A stretch of 64,000 bases of DNA from Bacillota bacterium (lineage in GTDB: Bacteria > Bacillota > Desulfotomaculia > Desulfotomaculales > JBFMEU01), in the NCBI GenBank assembly GCA_040753155.1, contig JBFMEU010000004.1:1056-65055 (forward strand). Reading direction: 5' to 3'. A program made the position numbers and the translations under genes. The number at the start of each line of letters is the position of its first letter. The first letter of the stretch is position 1. Below are positions 1 to 9,620 of the stretch, in pieces. Under the pieces are notes generated by a model. It did no database searches. It was not told the DNA's origin and saw only the letters and a list, made by a program, of their open reading frames with translations.

Positions 1-2
1 AC

Positions 3-506
3 ATCCGGGAGGACAACACCGGAGAACTATTGAGCGAAGATTTGGAGATCCACTTCCTGGAACCGGAGAAAATAAAGAAACTGAAGCGCAGGCCCAAGGA
101 CGATATCGAAGCCTGGATGCTGTACCTTGGTAATCTTCAAGGAGAGGAAATGGAGGCGATAGCCATGGATAACCCCGGGATCAGGAAGGCCTTGACCATC
201 GAACAGGCATTCATGCGCAACAAGCAGGAGCGCCGGATGTATGAGCTGAGGGAGAAGGCCATGAAAGACGAGATTTCCATGATAGTCGGCGCCATGGCCG
301 AGGGCGAGGTCAGAGGCAAAGTCACGATGGCCCAGGAGGCGATCTGCAAGTACCTGGAGGCCAGGTTCGGGGATGCCTCACGAGCCTTGCAAGGGAGAGT
401 CCGAGAGATCGGTAAAGTAGAAACCCTGGACAAGGTCATCAACAAGATCTACACCGTAGGCTCGCTGGAAGAAGCCGGCGCTCTCATAGAAGGCGCAGTG
501 AACTAA
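3..506 (+). CDS. Rpn/YhgA-like PD-(D/E)XK recombination-promoting nuclease (putative transposase), C-terminal part; 5' end lies outside the window
   Basis: The reading frame is open from nt 3 to the stop at 504-506. The ...ELLSEDLEIHFLEPEKIKK... segment and the helical tail resemble Rpn-family C-terminal regions. Confidence 0.5.
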   Translation: MREDNTGELLSEDLEIHFLEPEKIKKLKRRPKDDIEAWMLYLGNLQGEEMEAIAMDNPGIRKALTIEQAFMRNKQERRMYELREKAMKDEISMIVGAMAEGEVRGKVTMAQEAICKYLEARFGDASRALQGRVREIGKVETLDKVINKIYTVGSLEEAGALIEGAVN

Positions 507-533
507 ACCGGGGGCGAACAAAAAAAGGGCCAG

Positions 534-677
534 TCACCGAAAACGGGTGGATGGTCCTTTACGTTTTACCATGACCCAGGTAAGCTCCCGCAGGGGATGG
601 TCGTTGCAGAGGGAATGGTTGCAGCTTTTGTACTTAAAATACACTTTCAGGCCGTCGTGCTTGGCGATTCCGGTATA
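534..677 (-). pseudogene. transposase internal fragment (IS66/ISBst12-like), cut off at the family-C repeat
   Basis: 47 codons without a start: YTGIAKHDGLKVYFKYKSCNHSLCNDHPLRELTWV... The C-x-H-x-LREL motif is recalled from IS66-group transposases. The fragment ends abruptly at nt 679/680. Confidence 0.35.
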
Positions 678-679
678 AA

Positions 680-801
680 GAAGACTTGGTTCAGGTGGGG
701 GTTTTAACCCCATCTGAACCTTAGTCGCACTTATTTCGAGTTTACAGCCTGTAAGACCCCGACCTAAGAGGGCGGGGTCTTACAGGCTGTGCGAAGATAA
801 A
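680..801 (+). repeat. family-C interspersed repeat, basal 122 bp form (two hairpins)
   Basis: It has hairpin ggttcaggtgggg..ccccatctgaacc and a roughly 20 bp stem acagcctgtaagaccccg..cggggtcttacaggctgt. It is flanked by tATAAA / gATAAA. The same sequence is nested in B copies at 44.2, 52.1 and 54.5 kb. Confidence 0.8.
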
Positions 802-2711
802 GCCGACCAGGTCCCGGACGACTACCGCTACGAAACACTGACCCTAAACAGCAAGGGATTGACCACATTGTCGAAAACCACCCCACCAATGCCGCTGAAT
901 ATACCTCTGGGGAACGCCAGGTCTTTTACACCTACGACGCCAGGTACAACCGGTTAATCAGCACCAGGACCAAACAGGATGCCGCTACCGACATCGAGGT
1001 AAAATTCACCCTTACCCCCGACGGCAAAGAAGTGGCCTCCCAGGCCACCTATGCCAACAGCCGGCTGTTAAGCCAACAAAGCTACAGTTACGATAACTAC
1101 GGCAATGTAATCTCTAGCACCGCCAGGAAAACGGATTCCGAAAACGTAACCATGAATTTTGCATATGGCCCGGAGTACGGCCACGCCTACCTGACGGCGA
1201 AAAGTATCGTTAACAGGGATGCCGACGGTAATGAGTCCGTCATTGACCTTCGTTATGGATACGACTTTGCCTCCGGCAGCAAAACCAGTGAATCTGACGG
1301 CAACGGCAATGTCACCGCCTTCAAATATGATCTGCTGAACAGACTGGCGGAAATAACTAACCCTGACAAAACCACCCGGCACTATGAATACGACGACGCC
1401 GGGAATATCGCTTACTTTACCGATGAAAACAAAAACCGGACCATTTACCACTTCGACAGCCTGGGCAAGCTTACCAGGGTCAGGGACAACCAGCAAAACA
1501 TCGACCTGATCAACCTCAAATATGACGACCAGTATAACCTGCTGCAAAAAACTGACCCCAACGGTAACTACATCGAATACTCCTATGACCAGTTCAACCG
1601 GTTGCTTAAAGTCAACCACCGGGACAGCCGGGGCAAGAAACTGGCTGAAACCGGCGTGCAATACCACGAGGCAATCCAGGACAGGTCGGGTACTTTGCAA
1701 AAGATTACCGTCAGCAAAGAAGCAGGCCCGGGCAAAAAAGACCTGGTGGTCAACTACTACTATGATGCCCGGGAACAACTGGTAAAACAGGGCCGGCTGC
1801 AGGACGGCGAAGAATATTTTGCTGCCTACTCCTATGATTATCTTGACAACCTCACTGAAGAAGCGGACTATAAAGGTAACCGGACAAAATACACCCTGGA
1901 CGGACTGGGCCGGCTGATCCGGCGAACAAACAGCCTGGGCCAAAGCAAAGAATACGCCTACGACTACCTGGGCAACCGGGTGGCCGAAACCGACGAACTG
2001 GGCCACACCATCCGGACGGAGTACGACGCCCTGGGACGGGTCATGGTCAGCAGGGCGCCCTTTGCGGCGGGGAAAGAGCGGGTAACCCGAAACTATTACG
2101 ACGCCGCCGGCAATATAACCCGCACGGTAGACCCCGAAGGTGGCGTAACCAATTACCAGTACAACAGCCGCAACCTTTTAACCCTGGTGGAAAAGGTCAT
2201 CAGCTCCTGGTCATCCGACTTCGTGCAGTATGACTACGACGCCAAAGGAAACCGCACTAAAGTCGCTGCGGGACTTAGTTCCCCCCAGGCTTCGGCCAGG
2301 GCCGAAACCATGTTCGCATACGATTCCCTGGACAGAATCATCTCTTTTACCGACCCCTCGGGCAAAAAGGAAACCTACCGCTACGACCCCAACGGCAACC
2401 TGCTCACCTCAACAGACCGCAACGGCAGGACCTGCCAATACGCCTACGACGGGCTGAACCGGATCGTCAAAAAACAAATCATCTATAACGGCCGCCCGGA
2501 GACGGTGGAGTACAGCTACGACCTGCTGGGCCACCAAACCCAAATGAAAGACGCCCGGGGAGTCACCAGCTACGAATACGACAGCTTAAGCCGCCTGAGC
2601 AAAATCCGGCAGGACAACGGTATCTCCCTGTCCTACGCCTATGATATACTGGACCGCAAAGTGGGCATGACCTCATCTAATCGGCTCGTTGCCTTCCTGT
2701 TGGGTCGGTGA
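801..2711 (+). pseudogene. RHS/YD-repeat protein, internal fragment
   Basis: There are dozens of YDxxGN/YxYD repeats. The frame is open back to the stop at 798-800 inside repeat C, and YD-like sequence (DDYRYETLTLNSKG) upstream sits in another frame. There is no RHS core end or C-terminal toxin tip, and the ORF runs straight into AT-rich DNA. Confidence 0.8.
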
Positions 2712-3162
2712 CTTTAGTTGAACTAAACTAATTACATTGTTACCATTATCCACCACACACAAAAAAGTGTAAGGACTCAATCACGCCCCCACACTTCCGG
2801 TTGCTTTGTTATTCTTTTATAACGGCTTTAAAAAATCCGGCAGCTTTTTAATTGGCTTATCTTTAGCAATACTTTCAGGATGTTTTTTATCTTCCTCACG
2901 AATATGTTTCAAAAATTTTTTCAAATCAAAATCAAATTTCTTACGCCTCTATCTCATAAAAGGGCACGAGTTCTTCTTCTCAGTCGACGGTCTGTAAATC
3001 GGCCAGAGGGGCCGCTTGTCGACATATGCACAGTCAAAAACTCTCCTGTTATATCCTTGTATTACACCGCCACGCCCTTAATCCACCTATTAGCCTTGGC
3101 GTCTTATGTCAATACATCCCTCAAAAATACTTGCAATTCTTGACAAACCCGAATTCGGGTTA

Positions 3163-3432
3163 TCACCATTTCCTCAAAACATCGTGATGCCCAATTGCAT
3201 GGAGTACGAACGTATCGCTTTTACGTTCAAATATAATCCGGATATCGATATTAACGTAAGCTTCCCAAAACGGTGTGCCTTTGATTCGGTGTATTTGAAG
3301 AGAAGGGTGTTTGGGATTATTCAAAATCAAACGTAACGATTTTCTTGCCTGTTTTTGCTCCGTTTGTGATAGTTTGCGAAATTGAACCGCAAAAGGTTCA
3401 GTTAGAATTATCGTCGGCATTCTCTTCACCAA
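3163..3432 (-). CDS. type II toxin, RelE/ParE family
   Basis: 89 aa with the typical ...HRIKGTPFWEAYVNIDIRIIFERKSDTFVLHAIGHHD pattern. It lies downstream of, and overlaps, the antitoxin ORF. Confidence 0.75.
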   Translation of the reverse strand: MVKRMPTIILTEPFAVQFRKLSQTEQKQARKSLRLILNNPKHPSLQIHRIKGTPFWEAYVNIDIRIIFERKSDTFVLHAIGHHDVLRKW

Positions 3433-3697
3433 GCTCTTTCAGTAAGTCATCGGTATTAGTGAATGTTTTGTATTTTCCATTTTGTATTGCTTCAGCGCTA
3501 CGCTTCATTTTTTCCTGCCATTCTGCAGACCAAAAATATTCCTGCTTCTTATCGTGCCATGAAACGGGACGAATAAAAATTCCACCATCCCTTTCTTCCA
3601 TCGCCACATAATCACCTTCACTGATATTAATAGATTTTGCAATTTGGGCTAAACTAATTAACATCCGCTTCTGTACTTGCTGAATTTTTTCAGGCAT
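3398..3697 (-). CDS. type II antitoxin, AbrB/MazE/SpoVT-type DNA-binding domain
   Basis: 99 aa with a SpoVT-AbrB-like N-terminus (ISLAQIAKSINISEGDYVAMEERDGGIFIRP) and an acidic tail. A GAGGGG RBS sits upstream. Confidence 0.7.
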   Translation of the reverse strand: MPEKIQQVQKRMLISLAQIAKSINISEGDYVAMEERDGGIFIRPVSWHDKKQEYFWSAEWQEKMKRSAEAIQNGKYKTFTNTDDLLKELGEENADDNSN

Positions 3698-3712
3698 ACC
3701 GTACCCCTCTTT

Positions 3713-3740
3713 CTGCTATACTGCAATTACAGTATAGCAG
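3713..3740. promoter_or_regulatory. perfect 11 bp inverted repeat, candidate TA operator
   Basis: ctgctatactg-caatta-cagtatagcag lies 16 nt upstream of the antitoxin start on the minus strand. Confidence 0.5.
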
Positions 3741-3809
3741 AATAATGCTGCTGATTCAAGGTTAATTCCTTAATCACCCCCCTACAAGTATCTGATTTTT
3801 TTCGGATAA

Positions 3810-3849
3810 CTGACATCCTCCCACGGGTGAACCTGCGGGAGGATGTCAG
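3810..3849. repeat. 13 bp perfect-stem hairpin, family-D-like variant
   Basis: ctgacatcctccc-N14-gggaggatgtcag; the core acatcctcc resembles the D-module core acattcctcc. Confidence 0.45.
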
Positions 3850-3974
3850 AGAGTTCACCTTTTAACTTTCCCGCCGTGAAGCCCCGTCCTGAGCAAAGCG
3901 AAGGGAGGGGTAGTTCACTAAACGGGACTAGTTATCTAGGTTCGTTTTATGTGATAAGTTGACGTTTTACAGCC

Positions 3975-4109
3975 TATCTCATACTTCGGAAACGCCATGG
4001 ATAAATGATAAATCGCAAGTACGAACAGGTGTGCCTTCTGCCATGCCAGTAAATCTTCAAATGTTTTCGCTGGTTTTCTCATTCTGACTCCTGACTCCTG
4101 AGTAGTTAC
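3975..4109 (-). mobile_element. family-B element copy B1 (truncated; one TIR plus the 5' part of the four-helix-bundle gene)
   Basis: It ends ...attctgactcctgactcctgagtagttac. It encodes MRKPAKTFEDLLAWQKAHLFVLAIYHLSMAFPKYE, the N-terminus typical of 23S rRNA IVS/four-helix-bundle proteins. The far TIR is missing. Confidence 0.8.
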
Positions 4110-4132
4110 CAAGTAATAGAGCAGGCCAAATT

Positions 4133-5659
4133 TCAATCTTTTGCCCGTCGAGCAAGCTCTTTCTCAAACCAGATGGATAATTCGTTTTTAACCCAGGGCG
4201 GCGCCAGTAAATATATTGTGACAGCATAACAACAACATACGGCAAGAATCATAACCAGCGCCATTATGCCTGTGTCGAGGTTGAAAAGGTATAATAATGC
4301 TTTTTTTATAGCAAGGCCACTGACCACAGTAATAAACCCGGCCAGAAAAATCCAGCAGCCTTCAGCCAGAAGGCGCAGATAATTACGCCCGGCCAGATAC
4401 AAAAGCAGCGCCAGCAGCAGGATGTTGACAACCAGGTTGGAAACCGCCACGCCGTTATACCCCAGCAGGGATAAAAGAGCTATTGAGGACAGCCAGTAAG
4501 TAAGGGCGCGTAATGATGTTATCCAGTTAACCAGGCTAAGGCGGGCCCGGGCGTTAAGGCTTACGGCCACCAGCCAGATGAAGCTGTGAAAAGGTATTGC
4601 TGCGGAGAATATTATTAAGGCCGGTACGGCGTCGAGCCATTTTGCGGTGTAGATTATTTCCACCAGCTCCCGGGCTGAGCAGATAATAACTGCCGCCCAC
4701 AGGACATTTACCAGATTAACCCAGGTAAGATAGCGGGTTAGGGCCTTATCCAGTGCCCCTTGCTCATGCTGTAACCTCGAGAACATGGGAAAACTAACTC
4801 TACTGATAATATCCACCAGCATCAGGGGCTTGGTAGCCAGGGAAAGCGCCCAGGTTAACAGCCCCACGGCCGCGGAGCCGGTGAAGATGCCCACCAGGGC
4901 AGGGATAACGGCAGAGGTCAAATGATTGATAATAAGCTGGTATTGATAGGGCAAGCCAAAGCGCAGCAGCTTGCGACCGTCAAACCAGTTGAGGCGGAGG
5001 CGGAACGGCCAGGGGGCGAATACATAGGCCAGGGCGGCCCCTGCCGTGCTTCGCAGCAGGTAGGCCCAGATAAAGCTCCACACCCCGAAGCCTTTGAAGG
5101 CCAGTAATACGGCCAGGCACTGGTACAGAAGCGCTTCAACAGTCTCGATTAAGGCCGGCTTGCCGAAAACCAGCCGGCGTTCCATTTGGACGAAGGATAT
5201 GGAACGCCAGGAGTTTAAAAGCAGGCTGACAGCCATCACCTTGATCATCAGCGGGAAATCAGGCGGCGTCCCGGGATAAAGAGCAGCGATACAGGGGGCC
5301 AGAGCTACCAAGGGGGCCATTAACAAAATAAATAGAATCAACTGCAGGGTAAAGGTTAACTGCAAATCGCCATCATTGATGGAGTCTTTACGCTGGATTA
5401 AGGAAGCCCCCAGTCCCAAATCCCCCAAAAAGCCAAATATTCCGATGATGAATGCCGCTATGGCAAATAAACCGATTTCTTCCGGGCTTAGAATACGGGC
5501 GAGAAATATCCCTCCCGCAAATGTAGCTATTTGAACCAGTACCTGGCGCATAAGAAGAAGGCGGTTTCCCTGAGCCGCGCGGGAGCGAATTTCTTGGGGA
5601 TCGATATTATCCATAGGCTTACCTCGGATTACCCGGCCAGGCGATTTATCTTCGTACAT
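4133..5659 (-). CDS. polysaccharide biosynthesis flippase (MOP/Wzx family)
   Basis: 508 aa with many predicted TM helices and a flippase-like N-terminal region (LLLMRQVLVQIATFAGGIFLARILSPEEIG). Confidence 0.7.
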   Translation of the reverse strand: MYEDKSPGRVIRGKPMDNIDPQEIRSRAAQGNRLLLMRQVLVQIATFAGGIFLARILSPEEIGLFAIAAFIIGIFGFLGDLGLGASLIQRKDSINDGDLQLTFTLQLILFILLMAPLVALAPCIAALYPGTPPDFPLMIKVMAVSLLLNSWRSISFVQMERRLVFGKPALIETVEALLYQCLAVLLAFKGFGVWSFIWAYLLRSTAGAALAYVFAPWPFRLRLNWFDGRKLLRFGLPYQYQLIINHLTSAVIPALVGIFTGSAAVGLLTWALSLATKPLMLVDIISRVSFPMFSRLQHEQGALDKALTRYLTWVNLVNVLWAAVIICSARELVEIIYTAKWLDAVPALIIFSAAIPFHSFIWLVAVSLNARARLSLVNWITSLRALTYWLSSIALLSLLGYNGVAVSNLVVNILLLALLLYLAGRNYLRLLAEGCWIFLAGFITVVSGLAIKKALLYLFNLDTGIMALVMILAVCCCYAVTIYLLAPPWVKNELSIWFEKELARRAKD

Positions 5660-5860
5660 CGTTCATAACTTTATCGATTTGGCTCAAGTCTCCTGCCAGC
5701 CGGTAAGAGGTATCGCTATAGGCCGGCTGCCTGGTAAGGTTGCCCCCGAACAGCAATCTGGCACCGATAAAGCTGATTCAAGGAATAGAACCAGGTCGTG
5801 GCGGTTAAAGGGAGCGCCGTTTCGAGCCGTAAGGGGAAATCCAAACCAGTAACCAGTAAA

Positions 5861-6772
5861 TCAGCTGCGCAGGTATTCATTATAAATGCGCTCCTCATTT
5901 TTCATTCGCAGCAGGCCTTCAGTATGACTTAGCATATCCATGTCAAGAACTTTACCGGCCTTGTCAATGATCAGGCCGGCCCTTAAGGGCCGCTTGGCCG
6001 CCTGGCCGGCCTCATTGGTTGATACCGGTATGATAAGCAGGGGATTCAAGTTGAAGGCGCCGGCTAGCGCAACTGCAAATTCATACCTGCTTACATTAGC
6101 GGCGCCAGCCAGGTTAAATATCCCCGTATGCCTGTCCAGGGCGAGCTCCCGTGAGGCTTCGGCAAGGTTTGCCACATAGGTGGGATTTCCCATTTGATCA
6201 GCCGGTACCTTTACGCTATGACCACACCTTAGATTGTTAATGGCCCTGTGGGCAAAGTTCTTAACAGGGTATTCCCAGCCATAGACCACGGTAACCCGCA
6301 GTATTAAATAGTTAGTCATCTTCCGGATTATTTCGTCTTCAACTTCTAATTTTTGCAAGCCGTAAACATTGACCGGATTGGGCAGGTCATTTTCGGTGTA
6401 AGGCCCATTTTCCCCGTCAAAAACATAATCGGAGGAGTAATATACCAGCTTAATACCGGTCCCGGTCAAGGCGCTGATAACATTGCATGGCCCCTTAACA
6501 TTGATTGCCGCTGAGTCCCCGGGGTGCCGCTCGCACCAGTCCACATGGGGCATGGCCGCGGGAAGATAGATTACATCCGGCCGCATGTTCGCGATTAGCC
6601 TTTTAACAGCCTCTGCATCGGTGAAATCCAGGGGTATAAGGCCCGGGCGGCGATTTTTATAATAGGTGCCGGCCGCTTCACTGCCTGTATTTAGCGACAC
6701 CCGGTAGAGATAGCGCCCGATAAGCCCCGAAGCTCCGATAATAAGTTCTTTCATCCGTGTTTCAAGCTCCAA
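5861..6772 (-). CDS. NAD(P)-dependent sugar-nucleotide reductase, RmlD (dTDP-4-dehydrorhamnose reductase)-like
   Basis: 303 aa with an N-terminal Rossmann motif IIGASGLIGRYL, SDR-like YxxxK context, and RmlD-like length. Confidence 0.65.
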   Translation of the reverse strand: MELETRMKELIIGASGLIGRYLYRVSLNTGSEAAGTYYKNRRPGLIPLDFTDAEAVKRLIANMRPDVIYLPAAMPHVDWCERHPGDSAAINVKGPCNVISALTGTGIKLVYYSSDYVFDGENGPYTENDLPNPVNVYGLQKLEVEDEIIRKMTNYLILRVTVVYGWEYPVKNFAHRAINNLRCGHSVKVPADQMGNPTYVANLAEASRELALDRHTGIFNLAGAANVSRYEFAVALAGAFNLNPLLIIPVSTNEAGQAAKRPLRAGLIIDKAGKVLDMDMLSHTEGLLRMKNEERIYNEYLRS

Positions 6773-6981
6773 TCATAGGGAAGGTAATTTTCAAAAGGGT
6801 CCAGGCGAATGATTTCTGCCGGATCATGGGGCAGTGTAGATGCATTGGCAACCAGGGCTGATAGCAGCCTGATTCGTGGACGGCAAGACGTTGCCGGGCA
6901 TAAAAGACATTAAAAAAGGCACAATAATAAATATAGTATGAGCTTTTCAATCTAATGGTTACTTTCTGTTACTAATCAAAA

Positions 6982-7239
6982 TCATATGGAGCAGAATTTG
7001 TCAGGCTGGTCGAGGCTGCCGATTGTTCTTGGGTCTTCACCGTTTCGGCTCTCCAGAGCCAACATGATGTATCGGATGAACACAATGGCAGTATGCGCCA
7101 CCATAGAGTCATAGGAACGCCCCTGAAACTCTTGGGCCAGCCTGAGATAGGACTTGGACATTTTAAAGAAAACTTCGATGTTCCAACGCTTCCCGTAAAT
7201 GCGGATCACTTCTTTGACCGTGGGCACCGACTTGAGCAC
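6982..7239 (-). pseudogene. IS4-family DDE transposase, C-terminal fragment
   Basis: YGKRWNIEVFFKMSK matches the IS4 Y-2-R-3-E-6-K signature. Only about 85 codons remain and there is no upstream catalytic region. Confidence 0.7.
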
Positions 7240-7357
7240 GCAAATGGTGTGAAGATGTTGTTCTAATACCTTTCTGAGTACGCCGGGAGTGGCGGTCTGC
7301 TTGTTGTGGTAAGGTCACACTTTACAGCCCATTAGAATAGAATGCTAAACCGGATTG

Positions 7358-7488
7358 ATCACTGAACCAATCCGCCCTAAGACCCCCGCCTCTGTAGGCG
7401 GCGGGTTTCAAAGGGCGGTTAAGTCCAGTATGGACTCGGCTAACATTCAGAGGGGGTTGAATCACCCTCTGAATGAAGTCTCGTTCAA
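7358..7488 (+). repeat. family-A 131 bp structured repeat, copy A1
   Basis: atcactgaaccaatccgccc...gaagtctcgttcaa, preceded by ttgat. The flanks ccggattg / caatccgg are reverse complements of each other. Confidence 0.9.
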
Positions 7489-7539
7489 ACGCAATCCGGG
7501 CGCAGGTTAAAAATTCGGGGCATGTAAAGGGGAATAAAA

Positions 7540-8877
7540 ATGCGGGTTGCCATCATGGGTGCAGGATATGTTGGGCTGACCACAGGGGTGGCGCTGGCTT
7601 ATCTTGGTCATAAGGTTATCTGTATTGACAAAAATGAAGAATTAATAAGCCTTTTAAACAGTGGCACCCCCCCTATTTATGAGCAGGGTCTGAGAAGCAT
7701 ATTGCTTGAGGTCAGGGCTAACCTAACCTTTAAAACAACAATTAATGAGGACATTACCGAATCGGAAGTAATTATTCTTGCTGTGGGAACTCCCCCTAAA
7801 GCTGATGGTGATGCCGACCTGTCCCAGGTTGAGGAAGTTGTCAATACTCTGGCAGGCCTTTTAAAGCCCGGTACTCATCCAGTTATAGTCAACAAATCAA
7901 CTGTACCGGTGGGTACCGCCAGACTGATCAAGACAATGCTGGGAAGCGGGGGTAGTTTTAGTGTGGTCGCGAATCCCGAGTTTTTAAGGGAAGGCACTGC
8001 GCTGAGGGATTTTTTATATCCCGACCGGATTGTCCTTGGTGCGGAAGATAATTTAGGCGTTGAGCGATTACGGGAGTTGTACGCCTCAATCATTAGTCAG
8101 GATTTTACCGCCCCCGGCTACCTTACCCGGCCGGCCGGCTATTTTCATCCTGAAATGTTGGTGACAGACTACAATAGTGCGGAGCTTATTAAATACTCAG
8201 CCAATGCCTTTCTGGCCATAAAAATATCCTTCATCAACGAGCTGTCCGGTCTGGCTGAAAGATTGGGTGTCAGTATAAGTGAGGTGGCCCGGGGTATTGG
8301 GTTGGACAGGAGAATTGGCGCCAGTTATCTAAATGCCGGAATTGGCTGGGGCGGGAGTTGCCTTGGTAAAGATATTGGCGCCCTGCGCCATATGGCCGCC
8401 CGCTATAATTATGCCATGCCGCTGGTAGAGGCCGGTGTAATCATTAACAACAAGCAAAGAGTGCTGGCCATGGCAAAGTTGCAAGAGGTCTTGAAAGATC
8501 TTGCCGGCAAAACCATCGGCGTTTTGGGGCTGGCCTTTAAACCTATGACGGATGATCTTCGAGATGCCCCGGCAATTGAGATCATCAGCATGCTATTGGA
8601 GCAGGGGGCCCGGGTTAAAGCTTATGATCCCCTGGCGGTAAATAAGTTTAAAAAAATTTACCATTACCTCCCTGTTGAATGTGCCACAGATGTGATGATG
8701 CTGGCAAAGAATTGTGATGCTATTATTATTGCAACGGATTGGCCTGAATTTAAAGAGTGCTCCTGGGAAAGGCTGGGTAATTTGATGCGGCAAAAAATTG
8801 TGATTGATGGCCGAAACATATTAAAACCCCGTGAAATGAGGAAAATAGGTTTTGTTTACCTGAGCATGGGTCAGTAA
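7540..8877 (+). CDS. ugd: UDP-glucose 6-dehydrogenase
   Basis: 445 aa with N-terminal GAGYVGLTTG and the catalytic GGSCLGKD motif. Confidence 0.9.
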   Translation: MRVAIMGAGYVGLTTGVALAYLGHKVICIDKNEELISLLNSGTPPIYEQGLRSILLEVRANLTFKTTINEDITESEVIILAVGTPPKADGDADLSQVEEVVNTLAGLLKPGTHPVIVNKSTVPVGTARLIKTMLGSGGSFSVVANPEFLREGTALRDFLYPDRIVLGAEDNLGVERLRELYASIISQDFTAPGYLTRPAGYFHPEMLVTDYNSAELIKYSANAFLAIKISFINELSGLAERLGVSISEVARGIGLDRRIGASYLNAGIGWGGSCLGKDIGALRHMAARYNYAMPLVEAGVIINNKQRVLAMAKLQEVLKDLAGKTIGVLGLAFKPMTDDLRDAPAIEIISMLLEQGARVKAYDPLAVNKFKKIYHYLPVECATDVMMLAKNCDAIIIATDWPEFKECSWERLGNLMRQKIVIDGRNILKPREMRKIGFVYLSMGQ

Positions 8878-8926
8878 GGGGTACAAAAGCAGGTAATTTA
8901 TGATCATAGGGATCAGAATTTGGTAT

Positions 8927-9044
<118 letters not shown>

Positions 9045-9136
9045 TTTGGTATAGCCCCGGATATAAATTGGTTTTATTTGGTTTTAACTGCTCCTTGATT
9101 TTTTTGGCCTGCCGTGTTACAATTACCGATGCAAAT

Positions 9137-9211
9137 GCGGGTGTAGCTCAATGGTAGAGCATCAGCTTCCCAAGCTGAGGGTTGAGGGTTCGATCCCCTT
9201 CACCCGCTCCA
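9137..9211 (+). tRNA. tRNA-Gly (anticodon CCC), CCA encoded
   Basis: A cloverleaf can be drawn by hand: acceptor gcgggtg/cacccgc, anticodon arm tcagc-ttCCCaa-gctga, T-loop ttcgatc. Confidence 0.9.
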
Positions 9212-9345
9212 ATAACAATGCAAGGCTTTCCCGATGGGGAAGGCCCTTTTTATGCCTATCTTGCTGCCGGAGAGAGCAGCCGGTTTTCCATTGAAGTGGT
9301 AACTTGTAATAAAACCCCCGAATTGGGCATGGTAATTTTCCAGGG

Positions 9346-9374
9346 TTGCCAGGGGATAAACATAGGCTTATAAT
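9346..9374 (+). promoter_or_regulatory. sigma-A type promoter candidate for the SCIFF operon
   Basis: TTGCCA, 17 nt spacer, TATAAT, about 35 nt upstream of the SCIFF start. Confidence 0.5.
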
Positions 9375-9407
9375 TTAAGAAACAACTGAAGGGAGACGGT
9401 TAAATAA

Positions 9408-9560
9408 ATGGGCAAGCACATTAAGACCTTGAACCGGGGCTCATTGCAGTCTACGGTTAAGGATGACGGTTGCGGGCAGTGTCAGACATCCTGTCAGTCA
9501 GCCTGCAAAACATCCTGCACCGTGGGCAACCAGGTCTGTGAGAGGGAATCGTCGAAGTAA
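9408..9560 (+). CDS. SCIFF (six-cysteines-in-forty-five) ribosomal peptide precursor; absent from the supplied ORF track because it is only 50 aa
   Basis: MGKHIKTLNRGSLQSTVKDDGCGQCQTSCQSACKTSCTVGNQVCERESSK is close to the canonical SCIFF core GCGxCQTSCQSACKTSCTV. A GGGAGA RBS is present. It lies directly upstream of the maturase. Confidence 0.9.
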   Translation: MGKHIKTLNRGSLQSTVKDDGCGQCQTSCQSACKTSCTVGNQVCERESSK

Positions 9561-9564
9561 GCCG

Positions 9565-9600
9565 AGAGCCTGATCCCCTGCGGGATGGGGCTCTTTTTTT
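9565..9600 (+). terminator. hairpin plus U-tract between precursor and maturase (partial terminator/attenuator)
   Basis: agagcc..atccc-ctgc-gggat..ggctct followed by ttttttt. Confidence 0.6.
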
Positions 9601-9620
9601 AATTTTCGGGGGTTGTTGTA

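Noticed and set aside
1068-2006. A long antisense ORF (312 aa) opposite the RHS fragment. There are similar antisense or out-of-frame ORFs inside dsrA (29477-30337), dsrB (30373-31440), dsrK (37773-38423), pyrG (50756-51727), tal (56485-57147), rho (58111-58848) and the SLH gene (59144-60208).
   Set aside because: These are shadow ORFs, which are typical of GC-rich coding DNA. They have low-complexity Pro/Gly/Arg-rich translations and no RBS, while the opposite or alternative frame has unmistakable family motifs.
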